Below are positions 1-6,643 of a stretch of 23,708 bases of DNA, in pieces. Positions within the stretch are counted from its first letter, which is position 1, and every line of letters begins with the position of its first letter. Under the pieces are notes generated by a model. The model made no database searches and was not told where the DNA came from. It worked only from the letters and a program-made list of their open reading frames with translations. The stretch is from Gemmatimonadota bacterium. Its GTDB lineage: Bacteria > Gemmatimonadota > Gemmatimonadetes > Gemmatimonadales > GWC2-71-9. The position numbers and the translations under genes were made by a program. The DNA is taken from contig JBDHDE010000044.1 of the NCBI GenBank assembly GCA_039591655.1, positions 1 to 23,708 of the forward strand, read 5' to 3'.

Positions 1-1190
1 ATCTCGAACTCCCTCAGCTCCCCGGTCTCCAGGGAGTGGACCACGATCTTCCCAACGGCACGGTCCTGGCCGCGCTCCGCGCGGTACACCAGGTGGCGAC
101 CGTCAGGGGACCACCCGGGCTGGGAGCGGTCGCCCAACGAATGAGCCGTGATCGCCCTGGGGGAGCCGATGATCGACCTGGAATCTGGATCGAAGTTGGC
201 GACGTACACGTCGCGCTTTCCCGTGCGGACGAGGTAGAAGTACCGCCCGTCCTGCCCGAATCCCAGACCGTGGGCCTGCCACATGTCAGGCTTCACGAGC
301 CAGGGCGTGCCGTTTGCCCGGCCGTCGGCCACCGGAAGCAACCAGGCCCCCGGCGTGCCGGATCTGTCGCTCCGGAACAGCACGTGCTGCCCGTCGGCGG
401 CCCAGCCGAGCATCCGGTCGTTTGCCGGATGCGTCACCAGCGCATGCTCCTCGCCCGTAGCAAGCTCCACCACGACGATGTCGCTGTCCGCGGGATCATC
501 CTGCTGGCAGTCGTAGCTCACATACCGTCCGTCGTGCGACAGTCGCGGATTGTCGCAGTTGGAGCTCTCGTCGAACGCCCTGACCAGTCGGGTGCTGCCA
601 TCCTCTGCCGAGACCAAGATGATCTCAACGCGACCCGTCTCGGTCCGCAGTGCGAGGATCCACCGCCCGTCAGGGGACCATTCCGCCGGCTCGATTGTCG
701 TGCCCCGCTCCCGGTAGACGACACGCGGGTTCGTGCCCTCGATGTCGACGACGCCCAGCTTGTAGGTGCGGGGCTCGTCCATGTCGTACCAGGAATACGC
801 CACCCACTTGCCGTCGCGGGAGAACGTGGCGCCCATGGCCATGCCCGGCTCATACGGCGCGCTGTTGTGGGTCACGTGGCGCGCCTCCCCCGTCTTCATA
901 TCCCGGATCGCCAAATCACCGGTGTCCCAATCCGTGAGGCTCGCATACCGCCCGTCCGGTGAGAGCGAGTAGACATCAGCGGCCTCGGCCCAGATCCTTC
1001 GGGTCACGGTTCTGGCCGTGTCTTGCTCGAGGTCGGCGGCCGGCACGGCGTGCTCGGCAGCAGATGCCAGCACCGCGATGGGGCTCGCGGACGCGGAGGC
1101 CAGGGCCAACTCGCTATCCGAGCGCATGGCCCCTTCGCTGCACGCCACACAGACAAGCTCCGTAATGGCGAGTGTAATCATCCCTTTCAT
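1..1190 (-). CDS. TolB-like/PD40 beta-propeller lipoprotein, 3' end beyond the left edge of the window (absent from the ORF track)
   Basis: Manual translation from ATG at 1190 (GAGG RBS upstream): MKGMITLAITELVCVAC (lipobox-like VAC), then repeated PD40-type motifs SLSPDGRY, FSRDGKWVAY, WSPDGRWI, LSHDGRYV, WAADGQHV, WSPDGRHLVY. The frame appears open to position 3. Confidence 0.85.
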   Translation of the reverse strand, partial: MKGMITLAITELVCVACSEGAMRSDSELALASASASPIAVLASAAEHAVPAADLEQDTARTVTRRIWAEAADVYSLSPDGRYASLTDWDTGDLAIRDMKTGEARHVTHNSAPYEPGMAMGATFSRDGKWVAYSWYDMDEPRTYKLGVVDIEGTNPRVVYRERGTTIEPAEWSPDGRWILALRTETGRVEIILVSAEDGSTRLVRAFDESSNCDNPRLSHDGRYVSYDCQQDDPADSDIVVVELATGEEHALVTHPANDRMLGWAADGQHVLFRSDRSGTPGAWLLPVADGRANGTPWLVKPDMWQAHGLGFGQDGRYFYLVRTGKRDVYVANFDPDSRSIIGSPRAITAHSLGDRSQPGWSPDGRHLVYRAERGQDRAVGKIVVHSLETGELREFE

Positions 1191-1226
1191 GGCAGCCTCT
1201 TCAGAAGTCCTCGGGTGGTGAGGTAT

Positions 1227-1242
1227 GGCAACTCGCGTACCC
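1227..1242 (-). promoter_or_regulatory. sigma54 -24/-12 promoter for the PD40 lipoprotein gene
   Basis: Minus strand GGGTACGCGAGTTGCC has GG-N10-GC spacing and closely matches TGGCACG-N4-TTGC. It lies ~37 nt upstream of the ATG and next to a sigma54 activator operon. Confidence 0.65.
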
Positions 1243-1351
1243 GACTCGAGCATGAGCTGCAAGCGCCGCTCTTGAACGGCGTTGGCAACCCGCTGTCAGC
1301 CATCCGACGGGTGGGACGGGTAACGATCCGTTCCGGACGCTTACGGAAACG

Positions 1352-3025
1352 TTACGCCTGGTCTGCGGGTGGCTCCATCGAGCGCAGAGTGACACGGGCC
1401 GTGGTCCCGCTGCCGGGCCGGCTCTCGATCTCCAGCTCACCGCCGTGGGCCCGGGCGATGCGGCGCGCGATGGGCAACCCCAGCCCGGTGCCCTCCGGCG
1501 ACGTCGAGTAGAACGGCTCGAAGATCCGAGACATCTGCTCCGGGGCAATGCCCCTTCCCCTGTCCCAGATCGAGACCTGCACCGTTCCGTCCGCTTGCTC
1601 GAGCTCCACTCCTGCTCTCACTCCGGCTCCTGTGGCTTCCGCCGCGTTCAGCAAGAGGTTGATGAACAGCTGCTCCAAAGCTCCGGCATCGCCGTTGGTC
1701 CACACTGGCCCGGCGGGCAGGGCTAGGGACTCGAGCACGGCTCCGTTGGCATCGAACCGGTGCTGCGCCGCGTGGTAGGCCGCTTCCAGCGGTTGGCGCA
1801 GATCCAGCTGCACCACCGTCGGCTGTCCGCTGCGGGCGAGGCGCAGCCCGTCGGTGACCGAGGCGTCGAGCCGTTCTACCTCATGGAGGGCATGGTCCAC
1901 CAGTGCGCCCGAGCGCTCACCGTCGCCGAGCTGCTCGCGAGCCCGCTGGAGATCGAGGCGAATGGCCGTCAGGGGATTCCGCACCTCGTGGGCCAGCGAC
2001 GCCGCGAACTCCCCAACCGCGGCGAGCGACTCGCGCCGCGACAGCTCGCGCAGTGTCTGGCGCAGGCTCTCCGTCATGGTGTTGAAGGCGCCGGCCACCC
2101 GGCGGATCTCGTCGGGTCCGTCCTCGGCGACCGCGCGCTCCAGCTCACCCCGCGCCACGGCACCCGCGCCGTCGGCCAGACGCTCCAGCGGCCGAGTGAT
2201 CCTCCGCGTCGCGAGCGTCGCAACGACGAACGCGCTCAACGCCACAGCCAGGAGGGCAAGGGCGCCCCGCCGGGCGGCGGTCTCGAACGGCTGGCCCAGC
2301 GCGCCGAGCGGCGCCGACAGCGCGATGTGGAGCGGTGGCTCGTACAGGGTGTGCCTCACGGCCAGCCACGTCTCCCCCGCCCAGGCGAACCGGTCACGGG
2401 CCAGCAGCTCCGGTTCCATGGTGAGAGGGAGCAGCGGCGTGCTCCCGGTGGCATCGAACAGCGCGAGCACCGAGCCCCCCAGACCCGGCAGCACGAGGTC
2501 GCTGGGCAGGAGGCTGCTCGTTTGAAGCCGCACTTCCATCGTTCCGATCCGGCCGCTCGATCCACGGCCATACACGGCCATGCGCAGCGGCAGGACAGAC
2601 GAGGCAACCCCCGTACCCGAAGTTGGGCGATCTTCGGCGGGGAGGGCGCCCTGCAGCTCGCCGGCGAGATCGTACAGCGTCACCCGCTCCACCGCTCCCG
2701 CCACCGCGGCCCATGCCTGCTCCAGCTCCCCGGGGGTCTCGCCGTATGCAGATGAGCGAAGTGGGCGGTGCTCGACCAGCGCCGCCCGGACGGCGTCGGT
2801 CTCCGCCAGTCGCAGCAGCTCCGAGCGGCGGCTCACCCAGTTGCGGCCCACCGTCTGGACGATCTCATCCAGCGTCTGGCCCAGTCGGCTGCGCAGCAGC
2901 TCTTCTCCGGAGCGCCGGGTCGTGCGTGTGAGCCACCATCCCACGAGTCCGAGGGGGACAACCGCGCCCAACAGCAGAATGAGCAGGAAACGCGTCCGGA
3001 GTCCGGAGGTGCGGAGCGCACGCAT
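1352..3025 (-). CDS. Membrane sensor histidine kinase (2 TM, HAMP, HisKA, HATPase_c)
   Basis: H-box LAHEVRNPL, N-box NLLLNAAEA, G1 DRGRGI, F-box FEPFYST, G2 GTGLGL; HAMP ITRPLERLADGA...DEIRRVAGAFNTM. Confidence 0.95.
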   Translation of the reverse strand: MRALRTSGLRTRFLLILLLGAVVPLGLVGWWLTRTTRRSGEELLRSRLGQTLDEIVQTVGRNWVSRRSELLRLAETDAVRAALVEHRPLRSSAYGETPGELEQAWAAVAGAVERVTLYDLAGELQGALPAEDRPTSGTGVASSVLPLRMAVYGRGSSGRIGTMEVRLQTSSLLPSDLVLPGLGGSVLALFDATGSTPLLPLTMEPELLARDRFAWAGETWLAVRHTLYEPPLHIALSAPLGALGQPFETAARRGALALLAVALSAFVVATLATRRITRPLERLADGAGAVARGELERAVAEDGPDEIRRVAGAFNTMTESLRQTLRELSRRESLAAVGEFAASLAHEVRNPLTAIRLDLQRAREQLGDGERSGALVDHALHEVERLDASVTDGLRLARSGQPTVVQLDLRQPLEAAYHAAQHRFDANGAVLESLALPAGPVWTNGDAGALEQLFINLLLNAAEATGAGVRAGVELEQADGTVQVSIWDRGRGIAPEQMSRIFEPFYSTSPEGTGLGLPIARRIARAHGGELEIESRPGSGTTARVTLRSMEPPADQA

Positions 3026-3034
3026 GCGGATGGC

Positions 3035-4366
3035 CTAGGGCTGCTGATCCTTCTCCAGCATCCGGTACAACCTGGGCTTGGAGATACCGAGGATCTCCGC
3101 CGCCCTCGTCTTGTTTCCGGCGGTGGCTACCAGCACGCGTTGCACGTGGTCGTGCGCCACGTCGTCCAGCGTGGGAAGCTCCCCGCTGGGGCCCTGTGCC
3201 TCGCTCCGCAGGCCGAGATGCTCCGGCCGGATGACGTTGCCGGTGGCGAGGACGACTGCGCGGGTCAGGCAGTTCTCCAACTCGCGCACGTTCCCGGGCC
3301 AGTCATGCTGCAACAGGGCGTTCGCCGCTTCGTCGCTGAGCGTCGGCTCGGGACGGTGAAGCTCCTCGCTCGCCTTGCGAACGAAGTGGCGTGCCAGGAG
3401 TGGGAGGTCGGCCAGCCGCTCGCGCAGGGATGGGAGACGGATCTCCACGACTCGCAGGCGATAGTACAGGTCCTCCCGGAACCTTCCTGCGGAGATCATC
3501 TCCTCCAGGTTGCGGTGCGTGGCGGCGATGACCCGCGCTTGGGTCCGCTCCGCACGCTCCGCCCCCACCGGGTAGAACTCCCCGTCCTCCAGCACCCGCA
3601 GCAGCTTGCCCTGGAACTCCGCGGTGGTGTCGCCGATCTCGTCCAGGAAGATCGAGCCGCGCCCGGCCAGCGCGAACCGCCCGCGCCGATCGGCCACGGC
3701 GCCGGTGAAGGAGCCCTTTCTGTGGCCGAACAGCTCCGACTCCAGCAGGCTCTCGGGGAGGGCGGAGCAGTTGACGGGGATGAATGGCTCGCGGCTGTCA
3801 GCCGAGTTGTAGTGGATGGCGCGGGCCACCATCTCCTTCCCGGTCCCCGTGTCGCCGCGGATCAGCACCGTCACGCGACTCGCCGCCAGCTGCCCCACCA
3901 GCTTGTACATCTCGATCATGCGGGGATCGTGCCCTACCAGGGCATCCAGGCTGTACGCCTGGGCTTCCTCGTCCGCGCTGCGCCGCGCTTGCTCCCGTGC
4001 GCTCCGATCCGCCAGGACCCGGTCGAGGACTGCGCGCAGCTCCTGCAGCTCCAAGGGCTTCACCAGGAAGTCGAAGGCGCCCTCCCGCATCGCCCGCACA
4101 ACCGTGGGCATGTCATCGAATGCGGTCATGAGGATCACATCGACCCCGTCAGTCACTTGCTGCACCCGCTTGAGCAGCTCGATGCCGTCGAGCCCCGGCA
4201 TGCGAATGTCCGACAGAATCAGTTCCGGGGAGTCGTCCTGCAGCCGGGCCAGTGCTTCTTCGGCGCTCGCTGCCGAGCGCACCTCGTGGCCCTCTTCCGA
4301 CAGCGTCTCGGAGAGTGATCTTCGAACCGCCGGGTCGTCCTCAACGAGCAGTAGACGGAGGGGCAC
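3035..4366 (-). CDS. sigma54-dependent response regulator (NtrC/AtoC/PilR family: REC-AAA+-Fis HTH)
   Basis: REC LLVEDD...SDIRMPG; Walker A GDTGTGKE; ESELFGHRKGSFTGA; Walker B IFLDEIG; WPGNVRELEN; HTH GNKTRAAEILGIS. Confidence 0.96.
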   Translation of the reverse strand: MPLRLLLVEDDPAVRRSLSETLSEEGHEVRSAASAEEALARLQDDSPELILSDIRMPGLDGIELLKRVQQVTDGVDVILMTAFDDMPTVVRAMREGAFDFLVKPLELQELRAVLDRVLADRSAREQARRSADEEAQAYSLDALVGHDPRMIEMYKLVGQLAASRVTVLIRGDTGTGKEMVARAIHYNSADSREPFIPVNCSALPESLLESELFGHRKGSFTGAVADRRGRFALAGRGSIFLDEIGDTTAEFQGKLLRVLEDGEFYPVGAERAERTQARVIAATHRNLEEMISAGRFREDLYYRLRVVEIRLPSLRERLADLPLLARHFVRKASEELHRPEPTLSDEAANALLQHDWPGNVRELENCLTRAVVLATGNVIRPEHLGLRSEAQGPSGELPTLDDVAHDHVQRVLVATAGNKTRAAEILGISKPRLYRMLEKDQQP

Positions 4367-4414
4367 GAGACCCTCCCGGTGGAGTCCCCTGAGTGCTGGA
4401 TAAGATATGACCCG

Positions 4415-4430
4415 TGCAAGTCCAATGCCT
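4415..4430 (-). promoter_or_regulatory. sigma54 -24/-12 promoter for the regulator-kinase operon
   Basis: Minus strand AGGCATTGGACTTGCA has GG-N10-GC spacing and lies ~49 nt upstream of the regulator start codon. Confidence 0.6.
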
Positions 4431-4776
4431 CCCTGGAAACCGGACCCGGCCGCGCCCCCCGAGCCACCCAGGGACGGCCCGGCCCCTCCCCTGTCGCATT
4501 CGCCGAGATGTGGTTACCTTCGGACCGCGATCAGAACACGCAGATTTGGTGCACCGAGGAACCAACGATTGACACCGAGGGGACCTGGCATGCACGGAGG
4601 TCCTCTCTTGCGTTGTTCGAGTCCCACGCCGGAACGGATGATCTAGCCGCGGACCAACGCAGCCGATCCCCAACGGCAGCCCTACGCGGGGGCAGCAACC
4701 GCGGAAGACGATGAGCGATCGGTATGTGCGGCACAGCCGGACTCCGACGAACATCACCACGAACAGGAAGGCAGCA

Positions 4777-4989
4777 ATGAGCACGACCGGAACCGTGAAG
4801 TGGTTCAACGACAGCAAGGGCTTCGGATTCATCACGCGCGACGACGGGGAGAAGGACTGCTTCGTCCATCACTCGGCGATCCAGGGCGAAGGCTTCAAGT
4901 CGCTGAGAGAAGGACAGCGCGTCGAGTTCGACGTCGTGCAGGGCCAGAAGGGCCCGGCGGCCGAGAACGTCACGAAGCTCGAGGAGTAG
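4777..4989 (+). CDS. cspA: Cold-shock protein (CSD family, 70 aa)
   Basis: [15 protein letters not shown] (RNP1) and DCFVHHSAI (RNP2-like), [13 protein letters not shown]. The ATG at 4777 follows AGGAAGG. Paralog identity within the Csp family is uncertain. Confidence 0.95.
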   Translation: MSTTGTVKWFNDSKGFGFITRDDGEKDCFVHHSAIQGEGFKSLREGQRVEFDVVQGQKGPAAENVTKLEE

Positions 4990-5016
4990 GCTCACGCACA
5001 GCACTTGGCGGTATTG

Positions 5017-5211
5017 GTGACCGAAATCATTCTGGAAGAGAACGACAAGCTGGATTGGGCGCTCAAGGCATTCCGGCGGAAGGTGCAGCGGTCGGGCATC
5101 CTCCAGGAGCTCCGGAACAAGCGCTATTACGTGAAGCCCAGTCTCGCCAGGCGCCTCAAGGCTGCCGCGGCGCTGCGGCGCCGCCGTCGGGCCAAGCGCC
5201 GGGGGCGGTGA
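5017..5211 (+). CDS. rpsU: 30S ribosomal protein bS21
   Basis: LDWALKAFRRKVQRSGILQELRNKRYYVKPS matches the S21 pattern (AL+RFKR...G...E...YEKP). Start is uncertain (TTG 5005/5014 or GTG 5017). Confidence 0.88.
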   Translation: MTEIILEENDKLDWALKAFRRKVQRSGILQELRNKRYYVKPSLARRLKAAAALRRRRRAKRRGR

Positions 5212-5250
5212 GGCAACCTACGGCGCCCCGAACGTAGGTAGGGAACAGCG

Positions 5251-5289
5251 GCGGCCCGGACACCCGTGAGGGTGGCGGGCCGCTTCCCC
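5251..5289 (+). terminator. GC-rich hairpin ending the csp-rpsU transcript (weak U tail)
   Basis: GCGGCCCG-GA-CACCC-GTGA-GGGTG-G-CGGGCCGC with a GNRA loop, followed by TTCCCC. A further 7-bp hairpin lies at 5216-5239. Confidence 0.55.
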
Positions 5290-5297
5290 AAGAGGCC

Positions 5298-5342
5298 AAA
5301 AAAAAGGGGCGACCCGCACACCCGAGGGTGGCGGGCCGCCCC
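5298..5342 (-). terminator. Rho-independent terminator on the minus strand
   Basis: Minus strand GGGGCGGCCCGC-CACCCTCGGGTGT-GCGGGTCGCCCC followed by T8. A G.U pair in the stem is an A/C mismatch on the plus strand. Confidence 0.85.
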
Positions 5343-5726
5343 GCGTACTGGTTACCCGGAGCCAGGGGATTCACTCCCTCTGTTCTTCTCCCCGTCGCCA
5401 CCACTTGGCCTGATACGGCCGCGGGAGGGCTTCAGGGGCTCCGGCTTCCATCCCCAAGCGGCCTGGCCGGGCCGCAAGGTTCACCAGTACGAGCGCTGCG
5501 AGTCAACCGGGTCGCGGACCGGCCTCCCGCACTGCACGCCGAGGCGCCACATCAGCGTGGACGAGGCACGCGACTGGCCTCGTCAGCCTTGGCAGGGTGA
5601 TCACCCGGATCGTCAGGCGCCCGAAGCCCTTGATTGAGTCGGCGCCCTCCCCGGAATTCCCGACCGAGGCCTGTTCAACGGGGCGTGGCAGAAACTGACG
5701 GGGTCTCTACCCCTTTCCCGTTGCAC
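5298..5726 (-). ncRNA. Putative large structured non-coding RNA (~430 nt), family not recognised
   Basis: Bounded by a promoter and a terminator, with no credible ORF. It contains about ten stems, including 9-bp and 8-bp perfect helices, and several G.U pairs valid only on the minus strand. Confidence 0.65.
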
Positions 5727-5732
5727 GCGCAC

Positions 5733-5760
5733 AATCTAGGACCCTGCTCAAGGCGCGCAA
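5733..5760 (-). promoter_or_regulatory. sigma70-like promoter for the putative ncRNA
   Basis: TTGCGC-N16-TAGATT. The predicted +1 (G5726) coincides with the first base of the 5' closing helix. Confidence 0.6.
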
Positions 5761-5803
5761 GCGCCGATGTTTCTTCGGCTTACGCGCTTGGTTGTGGGTC
5801 CGA

Positions 5804-5992
5804 TGTGGATGCACAAGTCCCACGCCACGACCCACTTCCCCGCTCTTTCCACTCCATGTGGAGTTGTGCATAACCGGGATCCCTTCGGGTCCACATGAGC
5901 GCCGCATGGCAGCCGATCCCATGCCCCGCGCAGAACGCCGACCCTGGGAACCCGAGCCGAGCACCGTGTTGGCAAGCGTGAGGTTATCAACA
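5804..5992. promoter_or_regulatory. Cluster of DnaA-box-like 9-mers
   Basis: TTATGCACA (5865-5873, minus; fits TTWTNCACA), TTATCAACA (5984-5992), and several degenerate -TCCACA copies. Confidence 0.4.
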
Positions 5993-6073
5993 GGCAGCTT
6001 CAGTGAGCGGGCGGGTGTGCTCCGGACCCGCTGAGTGGTGTGCAGCAGCTTCTAGGTGAGATGGAGGAGCGGA

Positions 6074-6643
6074 TTACGGTAGCCTGGGCTCGACCTTGAA
6101 GTCCGCAGCCCGGGCGAAGCGCGCGGCCTCGTCGTAGTACGCCATGATACCGCGCTCGACCTGCGCCGTGTGATACGGCCCCCAGGCCCGGAGGGTGTCC
6201 GCCCACACACCGGGTCCCTCCGCGGTCATGGTCTGTTCACAGTGCTCACCCAGAGTCCCGCGGAGAGTACGCATCTGGCCCACGAGCTCCCGGGACTGGG
6301 TGCGGACCCGCTCGTCGGGCGCCCGTGCGGACCGGAAGACAGGCTCGGCGCCCTGCAGCGTCTCCATCGCGGTGACGCACCGATCCCTCAGGCGCCTAGC
6401 GCGACCGACAACGGTCTCCGGTCCCGCCTGGCCCAGGTCGCGTCTGAAGCTCCGGACCTGCACCCGCACTCCGGCCAGTGTATCCCGCAGCATGATCAGC
6501 GCGTCCTTGTAGCTCTGGCGGACGCTGTCCAGGACGGGCTCCGGAGTGTCGGTCATGATGATCTCCTGGGCGCGACACGGACGGCTGAGCCCGAGGAGAA
6601 CGAGCCCGATGGTGCAGCCGAGCTGCAGCGCGCGCGGCGTCAC
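6074..6643 (-). CDS. Hypothetical exported alpha-helical protein
   Basis: N-terminal signal peptide (…IGLVLLGLSRPCRA|QE) and an amphipathic helical body. Its start overlaps the stop of the upstream gene (GTGA coupling). Confidence 0.75.
   Translation of the reverse strand: MTPRALQLGCTIGLVLLGLSRPCRAQEIIMTDTPEPVLDSVRQSYKDALIMLRDTLAGVRVQVRSFRRDLGQAGPETVVGRARRLRDRCVTAMETLQGAEPVFRSARAPDERVRTQSRELVGQMRTLRGTLGEHCEQTMTAEGPGVWADTLRAWGPYHTAQVERGIMAYYDEAARFARAADFKVEPRLP

Noticed and set aside
3035..4366. GSFTGA in place of GAFTGA in the activator
   Set aside because: A known functional variant (e.g. PilR-type), and adjacent sigma54 sites argue for normal activity.
4569..4574. Perfect TTGACA upstream of csp
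   Set aside because: No acceptable -10 hexamer at 16-18 nt spacing, so not called as a promoter.
5251..5342. CRISPR array
   Set aside because: Only two imperfect copies, terminator-like, with no cas genes.
5498..5524. Y-RNA/Ro60-like GGUCCG...UUGACU words
   Set aside because: The pairing is incomplete, a better alternative helix exists, and no Ro60/rtcB gene is nearby.
5555..5622. Hammerhead- or glmS-like words on the minus strand (two CUGACGA; GCGCCUG...UGACGAGG)
   Set aside because: No GAAA after stem II for a hammerhead, and no UUAUCGA core for glmS.
5705..5715. 11-mer CTCTACCCCTT shared with 7280-7290
   Set aside because: An exact 11-mer match is expected by chance in a window of this size.
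5298..5726. Known RNA identities: RNase P, tmRNA, SRP, 6S, T-box, cobalamin riboswitch, group II intron (GUGCG near the 5' end)
   Set aside because: Diagnostic motifs not found by eye: no GAGGAAAGUCC, tRNA-like ends, AGCAG loop, single long rod, UGGNACC or domain V. An Rfam scan is still required.
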